A stretch of DNA of 63,286 bases from Alphaproteobacteria bacterium. Its GTDB lineage: Bacteria > Pseudomonadota > Alphaproteobacteria > Micavibrionales > UBA2020. The notes under the pieces were generated by a model. That model saw only the letters and a program-made list of their open reading frames with translations, made no database searches and had not been told where the DNA came from. Positions 29,318 to 38,889 of the stretch are shown piece after piece. The translations under genes and the position numbers were made by a program. Within the stretch, counting starts at the first letter, position 1, and each line of letters opens with the position of its first letter. The stretch lies in the NCBI GenBank assembly GCA_028817795.1, contig JAPPOU010000057.1, positions 775 through 64,060 on the forward strand. Reading direction: 5' to 3'.

Positions 29318-29668
29318 GCCAGAGAGCCTGTAAGCCGGGTTCTGTACGCTTTTAAGGGCGTGATGACCATTCCTCTGGGGCGGCGGTTACCCGCTGCCTC
29401 TAGCAGCCGACCCGGAAGACAAGCCGAAAACAGCTTATGCGCCTTCCCTATTTGGCCTTGCTCCCGGTGGGGTTTACCCTGCCAGCCCCGTTACCGGGCC
29501 TGCGGTGCGCTCTTACCGCACCATTTCACCCTTACCCCATAAAGAGGCGGTATATTTTCTGTGGCACTGTCCCTGCGGTTACCCGCGCCGGACGTTATCC
29601 GGCACCGTGTTTTCGTGGAGCCCGGACTTTCCTCCCGTTAAAAACAGGCGGCCATCCGGCTCTCTGGC
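29318..29668 (-). ncRNA. rnpB: RNase P RNA (bacterial type A)
   Basis: Reverse complement carries CGGGAGGAAAGTCCGGGCTCCAC (29615-29637), GGTAAGGGTGAAATGGTGCGGTAAGAGCGCACCGCAGG, and ACAGAACCCGGCTTA (29331-29345). P1 pairs GCCAGAGAGCC at both ends, and a T-run follows the 3' end. Ends are approximate to within a few nt. Confidence 0.9.
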
Positions 29669-29780
29669 AAGGGCAGGATAGCCCATTTCCCGTATTTTGG
29701 CAAACAATGCCGTACCCTTGGCAGCTATCCCCCTTAAGGCTATAAAACTAAACAGGGATAAGTTGTAAAAGAGGCGCGCA

Positions 29781-31322
29781 GTGACAGCCTATGAAAGCCT
29801 GAAAAAGCATTTTGAACTGGTGGCGGGTCTTCGCAATGCCACCGGCTTGCTGCAGCACGATGCCGAATTGTTCATGCCCACGGGCAGCATGGAGGACCGG
29901 GCGCATCAGGTCGAGGCGCTGGGCACCGTATCGCACAGGATGATGACCGCGCCCGAAGTTGCGGGCTGGTTGGATGCAGCGGAAAAAGACGCGGCATCAC
30001 TGCCGCCTGCGGACAGGCGAAATTTACAATTAATGCGCCGGGCTTGGGTGCAGGCGACAGCCCTGCCCGAAGAGATGGCGGCGCAAAGAGCGCTTTTGGA
30101 AACGAAAGGCAACGAAGCGCATATTAAATTCCGCAAAGGAGAGGCTGGCTGGGGTGATGTGAGGCCCTTTTATACCGAAGCCTTTGATCTTGCCCGCACA
30201 GCGGGTGAAATGACAAAAGACGCGCTGGGGGTGAAAACGCCCTATGATGCCAGCCTTGCTTACTGGAATTCCGATATTGACGATGCCGATGTTACAAAGG
30301 CTTTTGATGTACTGGAAAAAGAATTGACGGGGCTGATACAAAAAGCTGTCGCGCAACAAAAGAAGAAACCCGCGCCGCTGCCGTTAAAAGGTCCCTTTCC
30401 CCGCGCACAGCAAAAAGAGTTGATGAAACGCCTTGCCGGTGCCATGGGGTTTGATTTTGCAAGGGGGCGCATTGATGTGACTGCGGGGCATCCTGCCAGT
30501 AACGGCACGCCGGATGATGCAAGATTCACGCTGAATATTGATGAAAACGATTTTTTAAGCCAGATGGTCTTTTGCGTCACGCACGAAGCGGGCCACGCGC
30601 TGTACGACCAGAACCTGCCTGCTGCATGGCGCCACCAGCCTGTGGGCGCAGCGATGGGGATGAATATCCATGAAATGTGTTCGCGCATCATGGAATTGCA
30701 CATCTGTCGCAGCCTTGAGTTTTTCCAGTATCTGGAGAAAGAGGCGCGGGATGTCTTTAACCGTCCTGACGATCCGGCGCTGGATGCAAAAAATCTTCAG
30801 GCCCTTGCCTACCGGGTGCAGCCATCACTGGTGCGATTGGATGCGGATGAAGTGACCTATGCCGCGCACATCGTTTTGCGGCACAGGATCGAGCGTGACG
30901 TTATCAACAACGGCATGTCTGTTGATGACATTCCTGCCGCTTGGAACAAGGGCATGAAAGAGCTATTGGGCATTACCCCGGCTTCAGCGCAGGAGGGCTG
31001 CGGACAGGATGGCCACTGGCCCACGTACGGTATTGGTTATTTCCCGTCCTATACATTGGGTGATATGGGGGCGGCGCAGGTTTATGCAGCAGCGCTGAAA
31101 GCAAAACCCGAAATTCCATCCGAAATCGCAAAGGGTAATTTCAAGCCTGCGCTGGACTGGATGACGGACAATATTTACAGCAAGGGATCATTGCTGACGA
31201 CGGATGAGCTGTTCACGCAGGCGACAGGCGAAAAACTGAACCTGAAATATTTTTTGGAACACCTGCGCAAAAGGTATTTGGGTATGCCGCCCGCTACCGC
31301 CGCACCACATCCGGCGCCTTAA
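29781..31322 (+). CDS. carboxypeptidase Taq-type (M32) metallopeptidase
   Basis: HEAGHALY zinc motif, an N-terminal LLQHDAELFMP-type block, and typical length (513 aa). GTG start. Confidence 0.9.
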   Translation: MTAYESLKKHFELVAGLRNATGLLQHDAELFMPTGSMEDRAHQVEALGTVSHRMMTAPEVAGWLDAAEKDAASLPPADRRNLQLMRRAWVQATALPEEMAAQRALLETKGNEAHIKFRKGEAGWGDVRPFYTEAFDLARTAGEMTKDALGVKTPYDASLAYWNSDIDDADVTKAFDVLEKELTGLIQKAVAQQKKKPAPLPLKGPFPRAQQKELMKRLAGAMGFDFARGRIDVTAGHPASNGTPDDARFTLNIDENDFLSQMVFCVTHEAGHALYDQNLPAAWRHQPVGAAMGMNIHEMCSRIMELHICRSLEFFQYLEKEARDVFNRPDDPALDAKNLQALAYRVQPSLVRLDADEVTYAAHIVLRHRIERDVINNGMSVDDIPAAWNKGMKELLGITPASAQEGCGQDGHWPTYGIGYFPSYTLGDMGAAQVYAAALKAKPEIPSEIAKGNFKPALDWMTDNIYSKGSLLTTDELFTQATGEKLNLKYFLEHLRKRYLGMPPATAAPHPAP

Positions 31323-31398
31323 ACGGGAATACGAAAAAGATTTTTGGGGTGAAACGTAAAGGCAGTTTGTTTATGCTGGATATCAGCAAGCGGGGGCG

Positions 31399-32589
31399 AT
31401 GATGGGGGATAAACACAATCAGGCAACACAAAAAACGGGCAGCGGCGCGGGCGCGCTTTTCTTTGTTGTGCTGTTGGTCATTGTTGCGGCGGGCGCGTCT
31501 TTCATGGCATTGCAGGCCAGCCAGCGGGCATCTGCACTGGCCACGGTCTCGGCGCAGCAAAAAATGGCGCTGATACAGGCCGGTTGGCTGGTCGATCGTT
31601 ACTATGGCCGCCGTGAAAGCGATGTATTGGGTCGTTTAAAGGCAGTGAATGCCGAAATTTCCACCCGCCACCAGCACTGGATGGCCACGATATCTGCAGC
31701 AAAATCCCTTGGCGGCGGTGAGATGCAGCCGGCAAGAGAGCTGGATGTACAGTTGCGGGATTTTGTGAACAGGATTTTCAGTTTTGTTGCGCCCACAACG
31801 CAGGGCGAAGGCCGCAAGTCGCTGTGGTATGCGATTACGGCGATGGCAGACAAATCATTGATGATGGCGATGGATGCCGCCGTTATGCCGGTGCAGGCGG
31901 GTATTGCGGATATGGCCGAAAAACTGCGCAAGGCCGCCATGGGGTTGTGGGGCGCGGTTGTGCTGGCCTTGTTCTGGTTGTCATCTTCTGCCATCGCACC
32001 GTTGCGGCGGCAGGTGCAGAAACTGAACGATGACATGCAGCGCTTGGCGGCAACTGATAACCTGACAGGTATTTATAATCGCGCCATGCTGTTTAAATTG
32101 GGCGATATGCTGTTATCAAGCGCGCGCCGCCACAAAAAAACCTATGCCGCGCTGATGATCGAGGTAGATGGTTTTAGGGATATTAACGATAAATACGGCC
32201 GCGCTGCGGGTGATGCCGTGTTGAAAACGATTGCAGGCTCCTTGACCAGTGTCTTACGGACCAGTGACGTTTTGGGCCGCGTGGGTGGCAATGAATTTGG
32301 CGTGTTCCTGCCATCAACAGACGAATATGGCGCATCGCTGGTGGCTGAAAAGCTGCGCGCCGCCGTGGGTGAAGCTGTTTTCGCGTTAAAGGATAACCAG
32401 CTTATTTTAAGCGTCAGTATCGGCGCTGCAGGTTTAAAGGAAACGCATAAACGGTCTGGCGATATGCTGCGTGCGGCTGAAACGGCCGTGGAAGCGGCCA
32501 AGGCCAAGGGTGGGAACGTGGTCGTGAAATATGACGATGCGCATGCCGCGCTGCAGGGCGCGGCAGATAATGCGGAAGCGGCGGGGTAA
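31399..32589 (+). CDS. membrane-anchored GGDEF-domain protein with a degenerate active site
   Basis: Two TM segments flank a periplasmic-like region. GGDEF domain (LTGIYNRAM...DGFRDINDKYGRAAGD...RTSDVLGRVGGNEFGVFL) reads GGNEF instead of GG[DE]EF. Confidence 0.85.
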   Translation: MMGDKHNQATQKTGSGAGALFFVVLLVIVAAGASFMALQASQRASALATVSAQQKMALIQAGWLVDRYYGRRESDVLGRLKAVNAEISTRHQHWMATISAAKSLGGGEMQPARELDVQLRDFVNRIFSFVAPTTQGEGRKSLWYAITAMADKSLMMAMDAAVMPVQAGIADMAEKLRKAAMGLWGAVVLALFWLSSSAIAPLRRQVQKLNDDMQRLAATDNLTGIYNRAMLFKLGDMLLSSARRHKKTYAALMIEVDGFRDINDKYGRAAGDAVLKTIAGSLTSVLRTSDVLGRVGGNEFGVFLPSTDEYGASLVAEKLRAAVGEAVFALKDNQLILSVSIGAAGLKETHKRSGDMLRAAETAVEAAKAKGGNVVVKYDDAHAALQGAADNAEAAG

Positions 32590-32590
32590 T

Positions 32591-33289
32591 TTACGCGCCC
32601 GCCTGTTTCAAAAGGTTTTGCAGGATATGTACGGTATTTGTTGTCGGCACACCCGCGTGCGCCGGTGTTTTTAAAATAACATCCGGTTCGAAATGGCGCT
32701 GAAAAGCGGCCACAAGCGTTTTGATATCGACAGCAGGATCATAACCGTATTCAACTAGTAGCGGCATGATATCTTCGGGGTGTTCCAAGGGCTGCGCGTT
32801 TTTTTTATGCGCATCCACCCAAAGGCCAATACCATCCTTTGCCAGTCGTACCCATGGAAAATGTGGGCCGGGGTCTGGTTTGCGTGTTGGGGCGATATCG
32901 GAATGCGCGAGCACATGGCGGGGCAAGATACCGTGCCGCGTGATAATATCCGTGCAGAGCGCCGTTAGGGTGTCAAGTTGCGTATCGGGGTAAGGCTCTT
33001 TCCCGTCATTTTGGATCTCGATACCGACAGAGAGGGAATTGATGTCTGTTTCCCCTTCCCAGTGCGACACGCCTGCATGCCAAGCACGCATGGATTCATC
33101 AACCATGCGATGCACTGTGCCATCATAATCGATCATGTAATGCGCGCTGACTTTTGATTCAGGGGGCAGGGCGGCTTCTAGCCATGCCGCGCCTGTCGGG
33201 TATTCCGTGTAATGAAGAATAAGAATGCGCGGCGTCATGCCGTTGCGGCGCGGTTCAAAGTTTTGCGATGGTGTGTCGACGATGTTCAC
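32591..33289 (-). CDS. N-acetylmuramoyl-L-alanine amidase (amidase_2, AmpD-like)
   Basis: ILHYTE...SAHYMIDYDGTVHRMVDESMRAWHAG...SVGIEIQN...VLAHSDIAP motifs. Confidence 0.85.
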   Translation of the reverse strand: MNIVDTPSQNFEPRRNGMTPRILILHYTEYPTGAAWLEAALPPESKVSAHYMIDYDGTVHRMVDESMRAWHAGVSHWEGETDINSLSVGIEIQNDGKEPYPDTQLDTLTALCTDIITRHGILPRHVLAHSDIAPTRKPDPGPHFPWVRLAKDGIGLWVDAHKKNAQPLEHPEDIMPLLVEYGYDPAVDIKTLVAAFQRHFEPDVILKTPAHAGVPTTNTVHILQNLLKQAGA

Positions 33290-34131
33290 AGCCGCCCCAG
33301 TGCTGCCGTGACAAGTGTTTCAAAGTTCGCAGCGCCTTTGGCCGCCATTTCCATGGTGTGATCGTGCGAGAGGTGCTCGTCCGACAATCCCGCGCCCATA
33401 TTGGTAATGCAGGATACGCCCGCGACCAGCATCCCGCAGTGCCGTGCAATCAGGCATTCAGGCACGCTTGACATGCCGACGGCATCCGCGCCCAATGTTT
33501 GGGCCATGCGAATCTCTGCAGGCGTTTCAAACGACGGCCCACGAAACGCCATATAGACGCCTTCGTGCAGCGTAATCTTGTTTTCGGTCGCGACATCTTT
33601 AATCGTGGCACGCAGGGCCGGGTCCCATGCATCCGTCATCGAAAAGAAGCGCGGGCCAAAGGTATCATCATTGGGGCCGGTCAAGGGGTTGAGGCCCAGA
33701 TAATTGATATGGTCCGTAATCAACATCAACTGGCTCACGCCAATCTGGGGGCGCAGGCTGCCCGCTGCGTTCGACAGAAACAGTTTTTCAATGCCTGCCA
33801 GTTTTAGCGTGCGGATCATGTTGATAAGCGGCTGCGGATCGTTTGTTTCATAGAAATGCTTGCGGCCTTTGAGCATGACAACGTCTGTGCCGCCCAGTTT
33901 GCCTGCGATCAACGCGCCTGCGTGTCCTGCAACAGTGGGCACGGGAAAGCCCGGTATTTCGGCATAGGGGAGGGAGACAGCATCTTCTACCTTATCGCCC
34001 AATCCGCCAAGGCCGGAGCCGAGAATGACGGCAACGGAGGGCTTTCGCCCATCAAGGAGTTTTAATACTGTATCGCGTGCATGCAAAATGTCGTTCCCGC
34101 TGTCCGCTGTTTTTTGCTGGGCAAGGGTCAT
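33286..34131 (-). CDS. purine nucleoside phosphorylase (trimeric PNP/MTAP family)
   Basis: VAVILGSGLGGLGD, VAGHAGALIAGKLGG, GRKHFYE and MSSVPE motifs. Start trimmed to ATG 34131, giving an ATGA overlap with the upstream stop. Confidence 0.88.
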   Translation of the reverse strand: MTLAQQKTADSGNDILHARDTVLKLLDGRKPSVAVILGSGLGGLGDKVEDAVSLPYAEIPGFPVPTVAGHAGALIAGKLGGTDVVMLKGRKHFYETNDPQPLINMIRTLKLAGIEKLFLSNAAGSLRPQIGVSQLMLITDHINYLGLNPLTGPNDDTFGPRFFSMTDAWDPALRATIKDVATENKITLHEGVYMAFRGPSFETPAEIRMAQTLGADAVGMSSVPECLIARHCGMLVAGVSCITNMGAGLSDEHLSHDHTMEMAAKGAANFETLVTAALGRL

Positions 34132-34790
34132 TTTGTTATTCCTTTCGTCGGTTTTTTTATGCGTGTTAGGGCTGGCCGGGTTTGGGGGGGCTGGCTGTTT
34201 TTGTCTTGCGCGGCGCGTGTCTTTTGGGTGTCGAGCGCCGTTTTCAGCATCCACTTTCCAAACTGCATGCCAAGAGATTGCGGTTCTTTGTTGGGTGCAG
34301 GTGTTTTGACGGGCGGCGTTGTTGCGGGCGCGGCGACTTTTGGGGTGGCAAGGGCTTTGGCTTTGTTCTTTTCAGCTTTCTCTGCCCATGCGCGGTGCAT
34401 TTCAGATACTTTAAATTTCATGTAGTGTCGTGTCATGGCAGTTTTGAACTCTTCTTTTACGCCGTGCCACCCCTTTTTCATGACATAGGCCCCGCCAAGA
34501 CTGGCAAGGCCCAGAGCTGCGAATCCCATGACGACCGGGGCGGACAGGGGAAGAGCCACGAAAAGCGCGGCACCTGTGGCCAAACCCAGTGTGCTGCCCA
34601 TGCCGCCAGCAATTGTTTTCAGCGCGGATTTTTGCAAAACCTTGTTTTGTTTTGCAATGTGGCCCAGCGTGTCGCGTACCCATGAGTCGGGTGGCAATAG
34701 GGCTGAATCCTTGGAAATATCTGGCAAAAAGATATGTGCGAGCTTTTTATCGTCTTCTTTATCCCGCAAGATGGATGCAATACGCATCAT
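34128..34790 (-). CDS. hypothetical membrane protein
   Basis: Two hydrophobic segments (GSTLGLATGAALFVALPL, VVMGFAALGLASLGGAYV) and a Lys/Pro-rich tail. Start set at ATG 34790, preceded by AGGAGG. Confidence 0.6.
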   Translation of the reverse strand: MMRIASILRDKEDDKKLAHIFLPDISKDSALLPPDSWVRDTLGHIAKQNKVLQKSALKTIAGGMGSTLGLATGAALFVALPLSAPVVMGFAALGLASLGGAYVMKKGWHGVKEEFKTAMTRHYMKFKVSEMHRAWAEKAEKNKAKALATPKVAAPATTPPVKTPAPNKEPQSLGMQFGKWMLKTALDTQKTRAAQDKNSQPPQTRPALTRIKKPTKGITK

Positions 34791-35064
34791 GGGCGATCCT
34801 CCTAAAATATTGAAAATATTATCATTTTGAATATGGCAGCGTAAAGGCGTAAAAATCGCACTGAAAAAAGGCAAAATCTGGCCAAAAATATAAAAGTCTA
34901 TGCAGTTTTTTGCGGGCCGATATGTATATTAAGAGATTGAATTAAAATGCTTTTTTTTGGACCTCCCGACCCCCCTGTTTTTGGTAACGATTTGTTAACT
35001 TTATTTGCATAAAGTCAATAGTATCTGATTTTCTAAAAAGCAGCACCGTGTGGAGGATGCATAA

Positions 35065-35475
35065 ATGAGTACAGATGTAAAAAATGATAAGCCGCAGTTT
35101 GAATTTGTGGGTATCCGCGAAGTTAATGAAACGGCACGACTGGTGGACAAGCGTCATTTTGATGATGCGGCTATTCAAAACATGCGCCGTGGTCTTGCGA
35201 GTGAAAATGAAAAGTTTCGCAAGGGTGATTTAAAGGCGGACAGTCTGGCCAGCCACTTCACCGGAAAATCTGCGCCGGGCTTGATGGAAGTGGATGCAGA
35301 ACACCTCTCCAAGCGCAAGGGCGCTTTGGATAATGCGGTGGCGCAAGGAAAGCTTTCGGAAGATGACCCAAACTATATTGCCTATCAACAGGCGGATGCG
35401 GCAATGTCTGCGTTGAACGCGCCTGCGCAAGGTTCCAGCCCGACGCGTCAAATGACAGCAGGCATGTCAAGTTAA
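35065..35475 (+). CDS. hypothetical soluble protein
   Basis: 136-aa ORF with a GGAGG RBS 8 nt upstream. No recognised family. Confidence 0.55.
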   Translation: MSTDVKNDKPQFEFVGIREVNETARLVDKRHFDDAAIQNMRRGLASENEKFRKGDLKADSLASHFTGKSAPGLMEVDAEHLSKRKGALDNAVAQGKLSEDDPNYIAYQQADAAMSALNAPAQGSSPTRQMTAGMSS

Positions 35476-36530
35476 ACTGTTTCATCCCGTCGTTTTTGGC
35501 GCAGCATCGACATCAAGCCCAAAAAGCAGAACAGCGCGAAAAGCAAAAGCCCGCCAGATATGGCCCAGTTCCATATGCCGCGATCAATAATGGCTGTTTC
35601 TTTGGGGTCTTCAATAAGATAAAGCACGGTGACGTCATCGCCCCGTTTGTTGAGCGGGGAGCTTGAGCCAATGTGATCCTTGAATTTATAGACGCGACCT
35701 TCCGTATCTTTAAATTTGGCGAGCGCGTAATAGACAGTGCCCCCTTCAGATCCGCTTTGGCTTTTCAGGCCCGTTACAACACCGTCAGCGCGTAGGCCCT
35801 GGGTTTCAAGGGTGTACATTTTCTGCCCCATGTAAACGCCGCCGCCACCAAGCCCCAGCGTTAAAAGAAACAGAATAGGTATGGCAATGCGCCGGTTTTT
35901 CTTTTCCTGTGCCCGTAATTTTTTGCCAGTGGGTGATGTTGACAGGCTTTCCAAGGTCTGTATGGGGATGTTGTCCCATTTTTTTTGCCGCTTTTCCGCC
36001 ATGCGTGCGCGGAACGCATCTTTGTGCTCCCATTGGTCGCGGGGTTTAACGGCGGATTTGATTTTCAGGCCGATAAAAAGCGCAAAGACTGCCATGACGC
36101 CCCATGTCATGGGCGGAATGCCGCCGTCTTTTAAAGCGATGCCGCCAAAAACGGCCCCCATCCCCAAAAGAAAAAGGCCAATGATAGATAGAATATAACT
36201 GCCAGAGGCATTGACGTCATCGGGCCTGTCGGGGAAGACCATTAGCTCTACCATGCGCCCGGTTTCGCGCCCGTTCAGGCTGGTGGAACCGCTGCTGGCC
36301 GTGGCCTCCACCGTTTCCCCGGTTGTCGGCATGATATAGCTGTAGACGTTATAATGGTATTGCCCCTTTTTCCGGATGCCGATGATGGTGCCTTCAACGC
36401 GCTGTGCTTTTGTGCGCCAGTATACGGCATTGCCAAATAAGGCCCCGCCCAGCAACAGGCAAACCCCGGCCCCCAACAGAAATCCTGCCTGATGAAAAGA
36501 TGACATCGCATCGAAAGCCAGATCAAACAC
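35472..36530 (-). CDS. membrane protein with two DUF3592-like modules
   Basis: Two repeats of TM, beta-rich segment, TM. The beta-rich segments are RVEGTIIGIRKKGQYHYNVYSYIMPTTGETVEA and ADGVVTGLKSQSGSEGGTVYYALAKFKDTEGRVYKF. Confidence 0.7.
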   Translation of the reverse strand: MFDLAFDAMSSFHQAGFLLGAGVCLLLGGALFGNAVYWRTKAQRVEGTIIGIRKKGQYHYNVYSYIMPTTGETVEATASSGSTSLNGRETGRMVELMVFPDRPDDVNASGSYILSIIGLFLLGMGAVFGGIALKDGGIPPMTWGVMAVFALFIGLKIKSAVKPRDQWEHKDAFRARMAEKRQKKWDNIPIQTLESLSTSPTGKKLRAQEKKNRRIAIPILFLLTLGLGGGGVYMGQKMYTLETQGLRADGVVTGLKSQSGSEGGTVYYALAKFKDTEGRVYKFKDHIGSSSPLNKRGDDVTVLYLIEDPKETAIIDRGIWNWAISGGLLLFALFCFLGLMSMLRQKRRDETV

Positions 36531-36617
36531 AGCATAACTCCCTTGTTATCTTGCCCATACCCCTATGGAAGATTATCATGGCGTATGTAACAGATGCCAG
36601 ATGAAAGGAAGACGCTC

Positions 36618-36977
36618 ATGTCTTATGACGATAGCAATATTTTCGCGAAAATCCTGAAGGGGGACATTCCATGCAAGAAAGTGCATGAAGATGACCATGT
36701 GCTGGCATTTCACGATATTAACCCGCAGGCCCCGGTCCATATTCTGGTGATTCCAAAGGGCGCGTACAAAGATATGGACGATTTTACAAAGAACGCGTCT
36801 GCTGATGAGATTGCGGCGCTGTTCCGCGTGTTGGGCGATATTGCGCGCGCGCAGGGGCTGGATGAAACAGGATACCGCGTCATTTCCAATTGCGGCGCAA
36901 ACGGCGGACAGGAAGTGCCACACTTGCACTTGCACCTTTTGGGCGGGCGCAAGCTGGGCCGTATGCTGGCAGCTTAA
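36618..36977 (+). CDS. HIT-family nucleotide hydrolase
   Basis: IFAKILKGDIPCKKVHEDD N-terminus and histidine triad HLHLHLLGG. Start ATG 36618 lies behind GAAAGGAAG. Confidence 0.9.
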   Translation: MSYDDSNIFAKILKGDIPCKKVHEDDHVLAFHDINPQAPVHILVIPKGAYKDMDDFTKNASADEIAALFRVLGDIARAQGLDETGYRVISNCGANGGQEVPHLHLHLLGGRKLGRMLAA

Positions 36978-36980
36978 AAA

Positions 36981-37658
36981 CTACCCGCAGCAGCCTTTTT
37001 TACTGCTGTCGCCATCGTTTTTATCACAGCAGCCTTCTTTTTTCTGCGTAGGGCAGCAGCCTGCCTTTTTGCCTAGAACGCAGGTGGCAATAGCCATACC
37101 GGCAAGCGTGATGGCAATAACGCTGTCTGCAAAATTTATAAGCGTGAAATCCCATGGGAAATGCCACCAGATGGCCAATGGGATGTTTTGTGCCAGCGCG
37201 ACCAGCACGGCGATTTTGAATGAAAATGCGACAGGGCACCCTGTGCTCTGTTTTTTCAACAAACAGGTCAACAGCCCTGCAATCAACAAGCAGAGAACAA
37301 ATTGCGCGGCCAGTTGCGGCCCCATGGCCAGCGGCGCGCCCTCCAGCGTGACGGACAAAAAGGCAAAAGGCTTTTCAAAGGCAGGTGCCGCATCCGGGGA
37401 GATAAACGGCAGTGTGAAGATGCCAGATGTTTCAGCGTTGTCTGTCAGCGCCTTTGCAACAGCGGCTTCATCTTGAAATGTATTGAGCGTGGCATTGTGC
37501 CAAGGCAGGACCATCCAGGATACGGCATTCCAGACGAACATGATGACAGCCCCCAGCAGCATGCCCTTGATCGCGATACCGCCACAGCAGGGTTTTTTCT
37601 CTGCATCTGTGTCGCATGACTTTGCTGCATCGCAGCACTTTTTTTGACCGTCTGACAT
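36981..37658 (-). CDS. polytopic membrane protein with Cys-Cys-rich termini
   Basis: Four to five hydrophobic segments. N-terminus KKCCDAAKSCDTDAEKKPCCGG and C-terminus KKAGCCPTQKKEGCCDKNDGDSSKKGCCG. Confidence 0.65.
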   Translation of the reverse strand: MSDGQKKCCDAAKSCDTDAEKKPCCGGIAIKGMLLGAVIMFVWNAVSWMVLPWHNATLNTFQDEAAVAKALTDNAETSGIFTLPFISPDAAPAFEKPFAFLSVTLEGAPLAMGPQLAAQFVLCLLIAGLLTCLLKKQSTGCPVAFSFKIAVLVALAQNIPLAIWWHFPWDFTLINFADSVIAITLAGMAIATCVLGKKAGCCPTQKKEGCCDKNDGDSSKKGCCG

Positions 37659-37800
37659 GACATACCTCCTTGAACGTTCTTGTTAAATATGGAGCGTATG
37701 CCGTAAAAGGCAAGTGGCAGGAAACCTTTTCATAAGCGGTTGATGCAAAAGGATGTATGTGCTAGTTTCGGCTATCTGTCAAAACCGGGATATTCATTGC

Positions 37801-38889
37801 ATGGCGCATAAACCAGACGACGATTCACAGCATGCGGGCGCAGCGGACGATAACGCGAAAAATGCGTTATCCCCGCAGAATGTGATGGGGCGTTTATCGG
37901 CAGCGTTTTGGAAGTCCGTTGAAAACTCGACCACCGGCAAGGCCCCGCCGACCACGGAAGCACCGGCCATGGAGGCCACGATGGCCAGCCGGAAATGGCG
38001 CCGAAACCTTTTTCAGGCCGCGCAGAAAAACGACGTTACAACGCTGCGCCAGCTTTTGCAAAACAAGAAAGAAGATATCAACAACACGGGCGGCAAGGGG
38101 CGAACGGCCCTGCATATCGCGGCCCGCGCCAATGCGCATGACGCGGTGCAAATGTTGCTGGAAAACGGGGCAGACCCATTGCTGCGGGATAAACCGGACC
38201 GTGGCCAGGGGCGGACCCCCTTGGAATTGGCCATGGGGTTTTCCGCGACAGAGTCTGCCGTTACGTTGATTGAGCACGGTGGATATACATCGGATATTAA
38301 AAACGAAATGGGCTGGAGCGTGCAGCATGTAGCTGCGGAAAAAGGGCAGGCAAAGGTTTTAAAGGCGCTCTCTGCGATTGGCGTCGATATGGATGCCCGC
38401 CTGCCGGACGGCACAACGCCGTTGTTATTGGCCGTGCGTTATCATCGCGTTGGGGCCGCGCAGGCGCTGTTGGATGATCGTCAGGCGGTTTTGAGCCTGA
38501 ATACGGCGTTTTCCACCAAAGACGGCCATCGCCGCACAGCCTTTCAAACGGCGGTAGCGCGCGGATTGACGGAGGTTGTGGGCAAAATGCTGGATGTCGG
38601 CGCCTTGCCGGCGCAGCCGGATGTCAAAGGCATTGTGCCGCTTGAGATCGCGCTTCACCAAGGCCATGTCGCGATGGTGGATATGTTGGTGCGCCGAGGT
38701 GCGGATGTGAACGTTATCAATGCGCAGGGCGAAAGCATGCTCTCATTGGCGCAGCGTCAGCAGGCATCGCATGAAGAGGGAAAGGGCTATGCTGAAAATG
38801 TGCGCTTGTTGGAAAAAGCGGGCGCGGCTCCGCAGCTTGGCAAACAGGTCTCTGTGATGCCGCGTGCCCCGAAAGGTCCGCGTCGATGA
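37801..38889 (+). CDS. ankyrin-repeat protein
   Basis: At least six ANK repeats (GRTALHIAARANAHDAVQMLLENGADP, GWSVQHVAAEKGQAKVLKALSAIGVD, and others). Start set at ATG 37801. Confidence 0.8.
   Translation: MAHKPDDDSQHAGAADDNAKNALSPQNVMGRLSAAFWKSVENSTTGKAPPTTEAPAMEATMASRKWRRNLFQAAQKNDVTTLRQLLQNKKEDINNTGGKGRTALHIAARANAHDAVQMLLENGADPLLRDKPDRGQGRTPLELAMGFSATESAVTLIEHGGYTSDIKNEMGWSVQHVAAEKGQAKVLKALSAIGVDMDARLPDGTTPLLLAVRYHRVGAAQALLDDRQAVLSLNTAFSTKDGHRRTAFQTAVARGLTEVVGKMLDVGALPAQPDVKGIVPLEIALHQGHVAMVDMLVRRGADVNVINAQGESMLSLAQRQQASHEEGKGYAENVRLLEKAGAAPQLGKQVSVMPRAPKGPRR

Noticed and set aside
29360-29745. ORFs 29360-29542(+) and 29437-29745(+).
   Set aside because: They lie inside or over the RNase P RNA gene on the opposite strand. 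The region is explained by rnpB.
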